This document shows, piece by piece, positions 20,931 through 35,569 of a DNA stretch of 64,000 bases. A program made the translations under genes and the position numbers. The notes under the pieces are model-generated. The model was not told where the DNA came from, searched no databases, and saw only the letters and a list, made by a program, of their open reading frames with translations. Where the stretch lies: NCBI RefSeq assembly GCF_009914755.1, contig NC_060926.1, one strand, 5' to 3'. This DNA comes from the human T2T-CHM13v2.0 reference genome, Homo sapiens. Each line of letters opens with the position of its first letter. Within the stretch, counting starts at the first letter, position 1.

Positions 20931-21539
20931 AACCATCATCACTTTGTGCCTACAGTATGTAAAAGAAAAATTAATACATTCTTAAGCAATACATTCCCAC
21001 AGGCTGAATCATCTTCCTCAACTTTGAGAAGACATACACATCAGGAAACTGGAAAACCATCTAAATTGTATTTTTTGGTTGATGCCCTTGGTTTTTTGCA
21101 TTAGACCTAATGACTACAATCTGAAATAGTAGAGGCAAATGTATCCAACTTTTCATAAAATTGTAAAATAGGTGAAGTTGTTTTTAGTGCCCTTTTGGAT
21201 TATCTCCTCCAATGTCCACAGTTGTCAATTATGTCAAAGAAGGTTGGAGGAGGTACCTTGGGTCAAGCCAATTTTCTTTTTTCTCTGCATATAAGGACAT
21301 TAATGGATTAGAATACCAAATGTGGGGAAAGCTTCAGAATTAATAATTTATTGAATAATAGTCATTAGAACTTCAAGGTATTGTAGACTTGTGAAATAAT
21401 ATTTTTGATGTTTCTTTCCATTGTTCCTTCAAATCACATCACTTAAGTAAATGCGTCAGTCCATTCCTAAGAAAAAGTACTATCTTTTAACAGCAGGAGT
21501 AAGATTAGGATGATGCCAATTAGGAAGTAATAGTAGCCA

Positions 21540-21710
21540 ATGATTATTGAACATTTACTATATGACCAGTAATGTGCTGTATCCTTTATGCACTGTCTTA
21601 TTTCTTTTTCACAAAAACCCAATGACAGCTTGGCAAAGTCACTCAATTCCAAAATGTCATAGCCAAGATTCAAACCCAAACCATTGACATTTGAGTTCAT
21701 GCTTTATGTA
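21540..21710 (-). mobile_element. MIR remnant
   Basis: aacatttacta...gtgctgtatcctttatgcactgtcttattt...agccaagattcaaacccaaacc. Confidence 0.6.
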
Positions 21711-22119
21711 CAGACATGAAGAGTGGGAGCATGACTTCTTAAAATTATACATTTTTTTGAAAGCTTTAACTCTTCAGTAGTCTATATTTTTTGGTAATTG
21801 TATTAATAAGTTCAGGCTACTCAATCTACTCAATATTTGTTTTAAGTGTCTCAGTTAATCAAGTAATAGCTAGACCACTGCATTCTGTGTGCTAATTTCT
21901 AAACTTCAGACAGTAGACAGATGATAGAGGATGACATATTGGAAGCCAGAATTTATAGAGCCAGAGAAGAACTCCTGGAAAAAGTAAAGTTAAGCCCTGT
22001 GGCCAATTCACAATCAAGGATGATAAAGGAGTTCTTGGTCACAGAGTAAGCAGAAAGGCAAAGTCAACCATTGAGACAGAGTTGACCTCTCCTTCCTCAG
22101 CAATTCCCCTGAGCCCTTT

Positions 22120-22280
22120 CATGCTCATTTTTCTTGATATTTATTTAACTGTATTTATATGTCTGCTTTCCCTGCTATTCAAGAACTTCTGGATAGCCAG
22201 GACATTAACTTATTCCATTTTGATATTCCCAGCATTTGCCATGGTACCAGGTACATAGATACCGTGAATGGATGAATGGA
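22120..22280. mobile_element. L2 3' remnant
   Basis: tgtctgctttccc...ttcccagcatttgccatggtaccaggtacatag...tgaatggatgaatg. Confidence 0.55.
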
Positions 22281-22624
22281 AAAAGAGAAAAAGGAAGAAA
22301 AATACTTCAGATACTTAGGGATCATGAAATAATCTTCTACTGTAAAATTATTCTCTTCTTTAGTGGTAGAATACACAGGGACTAGAGGCTTAAAACTGGC
22401 TTCATTACAACCTGGAACATCCTGACATCAAGGTAGCTATTTTTATATTAAAATGAAACAAGAGGATCTTTTAAAAGGAAAAAATATATATACCCATTTT
22501 TGCCAATATAAAGATCTCTAAATTAAATTTCCAGTAGCAATTAGTTTTTATGTCACTGTCTTTTCATTTAAAAAAAAGCTATTTTTGGAAGAGATAGAGG
22601 AAGCTTTTAGAAATAATGAAGTCC

Positions 22625-22825
22625 TTACAGGGAGGGAAACATCACACACCAGGCCTGTTACGGGGTGGGGACCTGGGGGAGGGATAGTGTTAGGAGAAAT
22701 ACCTAATGTAAATGATGAGTCGACGGGTGCAGCACACCAACATGGCAAATGGATATCTATGTAACAAACCTGCACGTTGTGCACATGTACCCTAGAACTT
22801 AAAGTACAATTTTTAAAAAAAGAAA
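22625..22825 (+). mobile_element. Short 5'-truncated L1PA 3'UTR insertion
   Basis: About 200 bp of L1PA 3'UTR with a perfect 16-bp TSD agaaataatgaagtcc (22609-22624, 22826-22841). Confidence 0.95.
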
Positions 22826-23916
22826 AGAAATAATGAAGTCCACTCTTTGTCACAGCTCATCTGGATAGCTGATCATCCACAGCTTCTCACAAGGATTTCC
22901 CAAGACAACATTCTATACTTTTAAACCTTGTGCTCTTGACCTGAACCTGAAAATTATTTCTATTAGCCTGGCTAAATACTCCTACTCCAAGCACTATAAA
23001 CTAGACTAAGTTTCTCTACAAATACACATGTTCCTGACTATTTGAACAGCACTTCCTCTCTTGAGAAGACAGTGACTTTTGTATGGACAAGTTGACTGGT
23101 TAAGTCTGTACCACTCTAACTTCTTTAAAATAGCATAAAGTGCTATATTTTCAACATTTGAAAATGAGAAATTTACATTTCTGATTTAAGTGTTGAGATA
23201 CTCTTCAAAGTAGTGACAATACAGAACAAGACAAATTATTCTGTGCTGCCAGAAAACTCCTATAGCTAATGATTGAGGGGAAATCAAAATGGTGACCCAG
23301 TAGTTTATGTAACACAAAGGGAACAAGAGACCATGTATCTTAAAGTGTTTATGATCATCAGTGGTAATGCTGATATCCTAGAGTATAAATTCTCTGACTG
23401 CAAAGAGGATCATGCTCCCCAAAAGATTTTAAAACTAATATAAATAGCTTTTAATCTACAGGTAAAATTTACTTTTGCTATAAATGAGAGCGTGTAATCA
23501 GGACAAAGTTATCAAATAGTCATAGCATTCTCCACCCACCCAGTCCCATTCTCTAAGACTCAATGCTAAGATAGATTTTAAATCAAGAAGAAACTCTCAT
23601 TTTATTCTAGGTAATTTGGACAACGTTACTGTGGTTTGTCAAAATGAACATTGAGATGAACATCACTATAAGGAGATGGTGAAAATCACAGGTTAAGGAA
23701 GCACAGAGTAATAACCAAGCCAAGTCAGAAAAATATTGTGTGCTTACACATGTGCAAACCTGCAGTATTGCACAACTCCAAAGCCGTAAGAATACCTCTG
23801 GAAATATAATGATGAAAACATTAAGTATGATAATACTTCTCAAAGAATAATTGTGCCTGCTGGAATTATGCAATGCATTTCACCTAAGAGCTATGCCTAG
23901 TGAGGATATATGAAAT

Positions 23917-24689
23917 TAATGTGGATGGGAGGCAGGGAAATATTAGGCAGAGAAGGGCAGGGTCCCTAATGAAGCCCCAACCTCAAGCCTGGACCTGCAG
24001 CCCAAAGTAAGTACATGCATTCTTGTTTTCCCACCTGAATGTTGTCTTTTCTAAAACCACCCTGGCCTGGCCTGCCGCCCATCCTGCATCCATAAAAACC
24101 CCATGCTCCACTGGCAGTAGGGTAGCAGAGGAGGAGAGAAGAGAAGCAGCAGCAGGACATCAGAGAGGAGCAGCTTGACTTCAGAGGGACAGCTTGCTGG
24201 GGGGACTTCGGAGAACAGTTTGGCTGGGGATGGCTAAACTCCAGGGGAAGACCACTTTCCCACTTCTTCCCCTTTGCAGCTCCCCAACACACTGAGAGCC
24301 ATTTTCATCAGCAATAAATCCTCCACTTTTATCATCTTCAATTCGTTCGTGTGACCTGATTATTTTTGGACGCCAAACAAAAGCTCGGGATATGGAGGGC
24401 TGTCACTCTGAGCTATTAAACACTTAAGCCATCCATGGGTGGCAAATCTAAAAGAGCACACTGTAACACAAGCCCTCTGTTGCTCCGGGGATCAAGGATA
24501 CCCCCCTAGATGCTGCTGTGGGGTGGCACAAAATTCTACTCCTGCCAGTGCCCAGAAGCACTCATCCTGGCCCCTGCACTCACTCACCTGCATGCTCCCC
24601 CTCCCATGAGGGTCTAAGAACAGTGGGCTGAATAAATGAGCTAACCCCTTCACAAGTCCCATGAAAGGTCAAGGGAACTATCTCTTTCA
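23917..24689 (+). mobile_element. MER50-like (ERV1) solo LTR
   Basis: ggatgggaggcagggaaata...cctcaagcctggacc...AATAAA...ggtcaagggaactatctctttca; 4-bp TSD AAAT. Confidence 0.85.
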
Positions 24690-26797
24690 AAATCATGGTC
24701 AAGACAGTAAATGTTACATCTAAAAGGAAAAAGAGTAAGAAGAGTGACAAAATCAAGAGTTCAATAAATGCAGTTGATATTGTAGACATATTGGAACATT
24801 GTTACACTGCAGTAGCGATTGCTGGTTTGTCCAGTGTTATAGTGGCTCTGATAACTCTTTAAAGCAAACCCTTAAAATTTCTAGCAAACTCTAAAATTAA
24901 AAAGGGTGAGAACAATTGAATTTTAGCAAAGAACTTCCTTGGTGTATCAAAATCAGTAACATCCTTGGGCTATGTAATTTAAGGAAAGACCAAAGACTCT
25001 TCTGCTCAAAATGTCACCTAAGTCAGCCTACTTTCATACCATTTCACCATGAAGGCCCATCTTCAGTTTCAACATTAAAGGACCCTTTAATAGTAAAGGG
25101 ATTGCTTTTTGCCCATTCTTTATTTCAGTAGCTTTGTTTCAAAAAAAAAAAAAAAAGGGAAAACATTGAGAAGGATTTACAAATACACATATAATACTGC
25201 AAAAGAACATAAATTGGGTATGGCAAGAAAGTGAGGCAATGGAAATATAATGATGAAAACATTAAGTACAATAATCTTCCTCTTGGAAAAGGTCGATCAA
25301 TTGAGCCATGGTAAGCCATTAGTATCTGAGGGCAAATTAACTGGTCATCATTAAGGTATACAGGATAATTTCAGCTAGGGGTTGTCATGAAAGGTTGAGA
25401 AAGATTGGGGAAACCCAGCATGGGGAACCCAATCATGCAAGAACAGTCATCTCAGGTCAGAAATCACAGGGGGGCAAGACTTGAGACACAGAAAGACATC
25501 ATAAGGGTTCTTAAATCCTGAAATAAATGTAAGAAATGAAATAATCAAGTTAGATATCAAAGTAAAGTTGTTATTTGGTGGGTGAGGGGGCTCCAGGATC
25601 ATTTTGCAGAACAAGCTGTAACTATTGTCAGCTCACCAATAGATCTTCCACTGCATTACACAAATACAAGCTCCTTTGTTCTCCCACCAAAAATTCCACT
25701 TCTAAGGAGTTTGTGCCCTACGTGGAGCGCACAAATATACAATCAGTGTGGTCACAACGTGTGGGCTCCCTTGGGGAGAAGGGTTAGGATAGAGAAAGAA
25801 GAATTTGTAAAAGAGAACCTGTAATAAAAACCCAAATGATACAGAGCCCTTGAAATGTTTAGTTCACTAACTTGTAAGGGCAACTGATAAATTTCTTCCT
25901 GCTACTGATGATTGTTGGGCCTCTTCTTTTGCTTTGTAATATCCTATACAAACAATGTGATGATCTGGTCCCTGTTTACCCCTTTAGGCTTATTTCTTGC
26001 ATTTCCCTGCCCTATCACTTACCCACATTTTCTTAAGTCTGTGCCTTTGCACACACAGTTCCTTCTGACTAGAATACCCAATCTTTTTTGTCTTCCTGGA
26101 TAGCTGTTATTTAATCTTTATTATTCATTCCTAGAATCATTTCCATTTCCCCTGACCTTTTCAAGCAAAGCAGATGTCCTTCTGTGTACATTATTAGTTG
26201 TGGCAAAATTCTCTATAGCATTTATCATTTATCTGTGTTGTAAGTGCTGGTTTATTGGCCTAAAAAACTTGATTTTAAGGACTATGTCTTACAAATTTCC
26301 ACACCTCTACTTGTAGCATATACCGCAGTATCTGTCACATAACATTTGTGGCATGGATAGTTGTTAAATAAATTCATAATGTCCTAGTTTGTAATTTATC
26401 TGTATTACACTTTAGCCTTGCTCCTTCTAATTATAAATTAAGGAGCATTCACACATACATATACACACACCTAACACTCATTTGTTACCTATATCCAAAT
26501 CACAAACCCATATTGGTTACTTTGAGGAAACTTTCAAACACACACTAATTCCAAGCATGCTGAGCAGTTTTGTGTACATTTCAGTCACATAGGGCATTCT
26601 TATATCTTGTCCCTAAAGTCTGTAGCCTATATTGTTGAAGACTGTAGGTTTCTATCTGCTAACTGTACAGCAAATCGTTGGGCCTAGTCCTCAATCTTTT
26701 CATTGCTATTATTGCTGCAGGCACTACTTCATAATATTGTAATTGAAAACAAATGACAATGCTTTAACAGTATTCATTTATCAAAAATTTCAACATA

Positions 26798-27080
26798 TAA
26801 TGGGTATAAAAATTAATTAGAAAGAATGAATAAGACCTAGTATTCAATAGCACAACAGTGTGACTGTAGTCAATAACTCAATAGTATATTTAAAAATAAC
26901 TAAAACAGTGTAATTGTAATGTTTGTAAGAAAAAGGATAAATGCCTGAGGGCATGGATACTCCATTCTCCATAATGTGATGATTTCACAGTGCATGCCTG
27001 TATCAAAACATCTCATGTACTTCACAAATATATACACCTGATGTGTACCTATAAAAATTAAAAATTGAAAAATTAAAAAG
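26798..27080 (+). mobile_element. L1MA (about MA2-3) 3' end
   Basis: agaaagaatgaataagacctagtatt...tgtatcaaaacatctcatgtac...A-rich tail; TSD-like aattt(t)ca(a/g)cata. Confidence 0.85.
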
Positions 27081-27109
27081 TAATTTCAGCATAAAGATAA
27101 TAATAGCCA

Positions 27110-27370
27110 TGGCTGTTAGTTGCTAACTAACATTTTATAAGCATCTACTATATAGCAGACACCAAGTTAAGTGATTTTACCCTCTTCATCTCTTGTTTTC
27201 ACAACTCTAACAAAATAGGCTTAAAGTCCCTAACTTGCATGTGAGGAAACTAAAGCTGAGTGAAGACGCTGGGGTGCCTTAGTCACATCACAAGAAAATA
27301 ATGGGGTTGAGATTTGAGTTTGAGATTTGGTGGTCTCAAACTCTACTTTTTATTACACCAGACTACCTTC
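27110..27370 (-). mobile_element. MIR remnant
   Basis: aacattttataagcatctacta...gaggaaactaaagct core. Confidence 0.55.
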
Positions 27371-27986
27371 CTGTACAGAACTTTTTACAAATGTGGTTCT
27401 CTATTCAATGCTTTTGTGTCTTTGCTAACAAGGAATAAATGAGTGGTGGGTACTCATATTTTTTATGTGATTAAATCTTTAATACACAAAACACAAAAGA
27501 ATTAAGGCAAGAGAAAATAACGCAGATCAAAAGAAAATAACCCAGATCATTACTGTATAAACTAATGTAACAGGAGCACTTTAGGCAAGTTAGTAGTAGC
27601 CTGAGTAGGCCAATCACACTGCCACAAAGGACTGTCAGCTTTGTTTTCTAGGTTGAGCTACCTCAAAGGCAAACAAACACAAATCGATAAATGAAATTCT
27701 TCGTAAAGTCGAATTCTGGTAACCCACCTATTGGTGTTGTGGGTGGGGGTATAAATGAGAGAAAGGCTGTAATTTAAAGTTTGTTTTTATGGACCCTGAC
27801 TTTCTCAGATATTATTATGATTATTATTTTATAATCCCAATAGTATATTTCTGAGTCCTTAATAAACTGTACTTTTTAGAGAATTTTTAGGTTCACGGCA
27901 AAATTGAGTAGAAAATACAGAGTACCAATGTATTCCCTGTCCCCAAATCCTGCAGTGAGGTGGTAAGTTGAGCACTCATATTTTAA

Positions 27987-28499
<513 letters not shown>

Positions 28500-29576
28500 T
28501 AAATAAGTTGTATCTCCTTCTTCTCCATGGGACTTTTCAGTGCTAATTCTAGTTCCCTAAAAACTTATTAAGACACATAGAAACTCTGAGATACTCAACA
28601 TGTAATATGAATCCCAATATCCCATTCCCAGTCATTTCAGGAAAATCAAAATCATAGCTGACATTTGCTGAATATGCCTTATGCATCTGAGCTTTTCTAA
28701 GCACTTGACCCATATGAAGTACTTTAATCCTTAGAACAAATAGTGAAAAATGCATGAGTATACATATTTTAAAAAACTGTGAGATGTCTCCTGCCTTTCC
28801 ATGTAATTTATGGCATCCAGCATATGCAGGTTACATGAGCCAGATGTTCATCAACGAATGTATCCACGAATGGCAGGAAAAGGTTTAACACTTCTCAATA
28901 TGTATTAGTAGAAAAATTTAATAATCATATCATGGGGGAATCATATGGTTCTGTCCACATGTTGCATATGTACTTGCATTTCCCTCCAAATGAGTTGGTC
29001 AAATGGGAAAGAGAAAGCATTTAAACAGATGGGACAAAATCAATTGGAAATACTCTTCACCATACAAAGCACACACTATTATGAAGAATCTTAACTCTGT
29101 TTTCATAAAATAAATTAAAAATGAAAAGCAAACAAGCTAATGTTGGTGATTTTTTATAAAAGCAATTTCTATGGCATTACAATGTTTTAACAGATTCCAT
29201 TTAATCAGATGTGCCTTTTAGAACTGACTTATGACAGAATGATCATTACAGTCTGTGATTATGTACTTGGATTGTGGCAAAATCTTGAAATGCTTATTAA
29301 ATCAATCTTTTAAAAGATAAAATAATATTCAGTATCAATGTAGGATTAAGAATGGTCCGTTGTATGAAGCTTGAACCTTATCAAGCCCAAGGAATTAAAG
29401 AAAAAACTTTTTCAAAATTCCACAGCCTCCCACATATTGTAAATGCATGTATTGTGCCTACTTATTAAGCAAATACATGTGACAAAAATCCTAGGACTTA
29501 CATTTTATTATTACAAATGCATCTGTCTGTGTGTCTGTGTGTGTGTGTATGTAGATTAGGGGAACGGTTGGGTATA

Positions 29577-30827
29577 TAATCATGTGTCATCTAACAACAG
29601 AGATATGTCCTGAGGAATGCATCTTTAGGTAATTTTGTCATTGGGTGAATATCATACAGTGTATTTACATGAACTTAGATGGTATAGCCTACTACACACC
29701 TAGGCTATATGGCATAGCCTATTGCTCCTAGGCTACAATCCTATACAATATGTAACTATACTGAAAATTGTAGGCAATTGTAATACAATGATAAGTATTT
29801 GTGTATCTAAATATATCTAAAATCGAAATGATACCACAAAAAAAATTGTATAAAAGATAAAAAATGGTATACCTGCATGGGGCACTTGCCAGGAATGGAG
29901 CTTGCAGGACTGGAAGTTGTTCTGTGCCAGTAAGTGAGTGAATTATGAGTGAATATGGAGACCTAAGCTGTTGCTGTACACTACTATAGACTTTGTAGAC
30001 ACTGTACACTTAGGCTACGCCAAATTCATTTTAAAATTTCTTCAATAATTAACCTTAGCTTACTATAACTTTTTAACTTTATTAGTTTTTAAATTTTTTA
30101 ACTTTTTGAACTTTTTGTAATAACACTTAGCTTAAAACATAAACACATTGTACAGCTGTACAAAAATATTTTCTTTCTTTATATACTTATTCTAAAGTCT
30201 TGTTTCTATTTTCAAAATTTTTTGTTTTACTTTACAAACATTTTGTTAAAAACTAAGACACAACACACACATGAGCCTAGGCTTACACAGAGCCAGGATC
30301 ATCCATATCACCATCCTCCACAACCACGTCTTAACCCAGAGGAAGGTCTTCAGGGACAAGAACACACATGAAGCTTTTATCTCCTATGATAACAATGACT
30401 TCTTCTGGAATTCCTCCTGAAGGACCCACCTGAGACTGTTTTATAGTTAACTTTTGTTAATGAGTAGAAGTACACTCTAAAATGATGATAAAAACTATAG
30501 TATAGTAAATATGATAATAAATTATAGTAAATATAACTTTACTACAGTGAATACATAAACCAGAAACATAATCACTTATTATCATTATCAAGTATTATGT
30601 ACTGTACATAATTACATGTGCTACAATTTTATATGACTGGCAGCACAGTAGGTTTGTTTACACCAGCATCCCCACAAACACATGAGTAATGCATTGAGCT
30701 GTGAAGTTAAGATGGCTGTAATATCACCAGGCAATAGAAATCTTTCAGCTTCATTATAATTTTATGGGACCATCGTCATATATGAGGTCTGTTCCTCACC
30801 AAAGTATAGTTATGTGGTATATGACTA
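29577..30827 (+). mobile_element. Tigger3 (Tigger3b/Golem-like) DNA transposon
   Basis: About 1.25 kb, TA flanks, TIR-like taatcatg.../...atgacta; tagatggtatagcctactacacacctaggctatatgg signature. Confidence 0.88.
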
Positions 30828-31089
30828 TATGTTTGCTTATGTGTGAGGAAGACAAAAAGAACAAGGCAAATTAATTTTATCTGCCAAAGCTTACGTGTGT
30901 TCATGTGATATCACAAAAGCTTCACAACATCAAGGGGTCCATAAGCTGCACTTTCTTAAGTACTGGTTCATTACTATCTAGTTCCCTAAAAAATCAGTTA
31001 AAGCATGTAGAGACTTTCATACACTCAGCACATAAGATGAGTCCAAGTAGTCCATTTCCAGCCATTTCAGAAAAATTAAAATCATAGAT

Positions 31090-31310
31090 GACACTGTTGA
31101 ATGTGTTTTATGTGTCTGTGCTTTTCTAAGCACTTGACTCATACTAATTCATTTAATTCTGACAGTAATGTGAGGTTGGTGTTCTTATTACCCTTCATAT
31201 TACAGAAGAGAAAACAAACACCCAAAAAGCTTAAAGTATTTATCCAAGATCCCAAAGCTAAAAATGGCAGAACCAGGATTCAAACCCAGACAGTCTGTCT
31301 CCACAGCCTT
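31090..31310 (-). mobile_element. MIR remnant
   Basis: taattcatttaattct...tacagaagagaaaac...ggcagaaccaggattcaaacccagacagtctg. Confidence 0.7.
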
Positions 31311-34304
31311 TCCCTAGTGTTCCTCAATGGGGCCCTGTTATGTAGGGTAGTATAATACATGATTGGATGGCACTGACATGCATATTGCAGGACATAGAGC
31401 ATTCCTCCCCTTTTGCCATTAATTACTACTAGCACCCACTAGGCATCGTGACAACAAGAAGTGGTACCTAACTTCCAGCATTTCCAAACATCTGAGGGTC
31501 TATTCACCTACTCACACATTCTCTCTGTTTCTATCCCACCCCTCCACACACACACAAACACACACACAATCCAGTATACATACATGCATTCACATACTCA
31601 CACACAGCCAAAATTTGAAGTGAAAATTAAAAGTTAACTGAGTTCAAAGTTTTCCTTTCTCTATTCTTTTTTCTTCCTTGTTGCTTTCTTGACAAACATT
31701 GCCTTTACTCCATCCTTATATCTAGAGGGCATGGGGAGGAAGAAGAAAAGAAAAGGAAAAGATAATAGAAACACAAAAATTAAAGGTAAAGAGAAAAGGA
31801 GGAAGAATAGAAATCAAACAGAAGGCAAAAAAATAGATATCTATAGGAACTATTGAGATAGGAGTTTTCTGCTCCTAAGTCACTGAATGAAGTAAAAGCA
31901 ATCAGTAAATCAAAACCATTATCTGACTTGCCTTGCCTCAAAACTCATTTATGTATTTCAGAGAACCACTGAATTTCAGAATGGAGCTGGTCCAGCTAAT
32001 GCTGTAGTCCAAACCCCCACCTAATGGAAGAATACCCCCTACCGTTTCTGTGACAGATGGCCATTCATCCTCTGCCACATGTCATTTACAAGAGCAGGCA
32101 TATCGTTAACTACTTTTAGAAGAAATACACGTGTCTTTTGTTTAGTACTAATTGTTAGAAAGTCATTCTCATTTAGAACAGAAATCTGCTATGCTCCAGT
32201 CTCAGTTCTCTCTTCTGGAACCATACGGAATGAGTTAAACCCTTCTTCCACAGGATATTCCTCTAAAATTTTGAAGTGGTTATTATGTTGCTCCTGAGTC
32301 TCCTCCTACCCAAAATAAACATATGCAAAACATATGATCTGCCCTCCAAAAGGTAGTATACCTGGTAGTGTATGGCCAATGTCCTCAAAAGGCCTGTTTC
32401 ATTTCTTCCCGAGTAGTAAATTTTTTCTTACAGAGCTCAAAGTCAGCACCTCTGGTGTGTATTTGTGTGGGTATGCTCTGTGAACTCTACATATATACAT
32501 ATGTATAAATATGAATATGCACACACAAACGAAGCACACATGGAGTTTGTACATTTGTATATAAATATGTAGACACAAATGTGTATATCCATGTAAAATA
32601 TGCACATTGCTCCTCTTTCCTTCTCTTTCAAGTGCTCCTTTCTTGTGTGTTTTCAGGCCAGCCCCAATACAACCAGAGCTCACCTATTTTTAGGTTTATT
32701 TCATCCCTCTGGAACTGAGTTGGGTGCTTTCAAGTTCTATGTACATTTTTTAGCTTAACCAGGAGTGGATGCTTAACAAACCCTTTTCTCCTGTGTGCCC
32801 AGCCCTGAGTATTAATCCTCAGCTTCCAAGAGTAAGAAAAACACTCAAGCACACGGCATCACAAGACCTGAATGCCTCTGAAAGTATGTGATAACAGCAA
32901 CGAAGTTGAGATCCTGGAATAACCAAACCTGACATTAATCTGAACCCATTTTTCTTTTCCTCTCTTAGTTTGATTTCTAATTAGGTATTGCTTCTGCCTT
33001 TTTCTCTGTTTATCACTTACCCATTTCCTACCCTATTTTCAGAGGAGAGAAATAAAAACTTTTCTTTGATATTGAAGGAAATGTCCAAAGGGTCCTGAGT
33101 TCAAGTCTCTTTCGTTTCTCTAACTGTAGTCTGAGTTTCACACTTCACTGCCTTTGCAAGCCTCAGATGGAAAGGTTATTTCCAGGTTATGATAACATTA
33201 TTGGATCCAAAGTCATTGTCATCATTTCATTCCACAGAAAGTTATTTTGCACTTTCCCCTGGGAGCAGGAATTGAATTGGTGGGGAGCAGGGCAGGGGGA
33301 GATCTGAAACAGCTTCCAGCTTTTTCAAAAAGATTTTCATTTCATCCCACTTCTTCACAGCACATGAAAAGAGCCCTCAAATGCCCTACATAGCACCTGC
33401 TGTCTGCTCCTCCCACAAGACTTCTTTTTCTACTCCTCTCTTCTTCCTTCTCTTTTCTTTGCTATAATGGAGGCCATAAAGAGGACAGGATCATTTCAGG
33501 GGGATGGATGAGAAGAGGAAGGAGAGTCAGGATCAGAGGACAGGACCCGTTCTGAGGGCATTCCCAGGGCAGCACCTGGGAGGCTGCAGGGCAGCAGTAA
33601 GTTGGATAGGGGTTGCTGCTCGGATGGAGGTTGTCAGGGCCAAGGGTAGGGGACCCAGCACTCATGTTGTTCTGCGTGACAACTTTGCTTAGGCCGAGCC
33701 CTACAGAAACTCGCTCAGGTCTTTGTTCTCTTAACTCAAGCTTTGCATATGAATCACTGAAACTTTTAAATGAGTGATTCAGAGAGCAGCTGAAGATTTA
33801 ATTCAGTTTCTGCCAAAAGAGACCACGGAAGGATTTTTATATCATTACTAATAGATTTTCAAAGGGCAAAGTCCTAACATGCCTGCAGTTGTTAAAGAAT
33901 GTCTCTTTCTACAAATAAAATCAACAACAAAAATCTCTAGTGCCTTCTTTTTATTCTCGCCTGTAGAATTTCTCCTAATGCTTTTAGATACGGCAATTCC
34001 ACTTTCTAAAATCCTTTCATGATATCCCCTTCTTTCCACGTTTGTCAGAAATCATTACTCCATATCTGCTTCCCTGTCACCTTTTATCACTCTGTCTCAG
34101 GAATGCTGTGGGAGTGTCCACATGCCTTCTTTGTTCTACTGTCACTCATTGTGTTTTCTCCTTGCTTAGAGGCATTGGTTAAAATGCCAGCAGGACTCTC
34201 GAAGCTCTCTGAGAAGTCCTTACTCTTGTTCTGAGGTAGCACATTTCTTTCTCCTCTTAACAGCTGATTCCAAACTTTACCAAGTGCATCCAACCCCTAC
34301 CCAC

Positions 34305-34732
34305 TGTTAAATAAAATTTATAGGAAGTCATTGAGTTGGACTGAGCTCCTGAACTAGGCCCCAACCGACCAAATCAAAATGGAATCACTCGTGCTAAAGT
34401 TCCTTGGTACCAAACTAAAAAAGTTGCTTATTTCACCTTTCAGGAAATCAGGAGAGAAAGACCATTGCCAAGTATCCAAACAGGCCAGTTTTAGCTGGTA
34501 GAGTCAGGAAACATCCTTTTAACCCTGCAAGGAAAGTAACCTGAAGTAACCTGATGGTAACCCATCTGCTTTTTGTATTATGCTATATGTTTGGTCCTGC
34601 TTAGACTGTCCTATAAAAACGAACTGTTCTACCATGCCCATCAGAGCACCTTTTCTAAATTTGTGGAGGAGATACTGCCCCAATTCCTGTTAAATCTTTA
34701 AACTAAATTTGTTACAGTGTTGTCTTTTGACA
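34305..34732 (+). mobile_element. MER31-like (ERV1) solo LTR
   Basis: TGTTAAATAAAATTTATAGGA...ctgagctcctgaactaggcccca...TTTTGACA; TSD ccac/tcac. Confidence 0.82.
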
Positions 34733-35569
34733 TCACTCACCCTCAACTCTTCACTGTTCACCATTAGTCTATCTCGTACTTCTCTGAGAAAATCAGAAGT
34801 CACCAGGCCCGAACTCTGAACTTTGCTTTCTTCCACTCATTTTTATCTGTCCTGGAACTGGAACAATTTCAAAACAAAAGGTGTCTCTAATCTTTTTTTA
34901 CAATTAAATTATAAGCCTGTATTTGTAAACTCATTTCTTGTCTCCTCTGGTGACACACTTTTATCTGATTAGGCCGTATCCACTCTCTTTATAGTATCAA
35001 AGCCCTCACCGTCATTCGTAGAAAGAACCCCTGGCACAATCTTGACTCTAGACCTGGAGTCTGGAGCTCCTACCCAACTCTGCTCCAAAAATATCATATT
35101 TTATAAAGATTTTCTTCAAACAATACTGTAATTGAAGCCTATAGGCCTTCATTTTAAATGTTATACAACTCAATGATAACATAACAATTTGAATGTAGAG
35201 GCAATGGGACGAACTCTAATTTTGAGAGTGGCTTCCATTTAAACGTTTTAAAAGCATTGATGGGTACTTTGCACCTGGGGAACAGAGTAAGAAGGGCATC
35301 TGGCTGGGCCCATCCAGGGAGCACACAATGGCCTGCTCTCTTTAACAGCCTAAGGCAGCACTGCACAAACCAGAGAGTCTGCACTGACCTTGTGGAGACC
35401 AGAACTGCAGCTCCTTCTTAGGACCAAAGAAGTAGGGACCTCATTTCTTGAGGATCTACAAGCTGTAATAATGGCATCGTCCACTTTTTTCCTGCTTGGA
35501 ATAGTAAGAAACTAAAACACTGCACTCGTTTTTTGGTCCAGGAATTGTCCTTATTCTTTCCTTAGGTTT

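Noticed and set aside
25575-25824. Two overlapping ORFs and a small ttgtgc...gcacaa hairpin, considered as a processed pseudogene
   Set aside because: No protein family recognised, and no poly(A) or TSD found.
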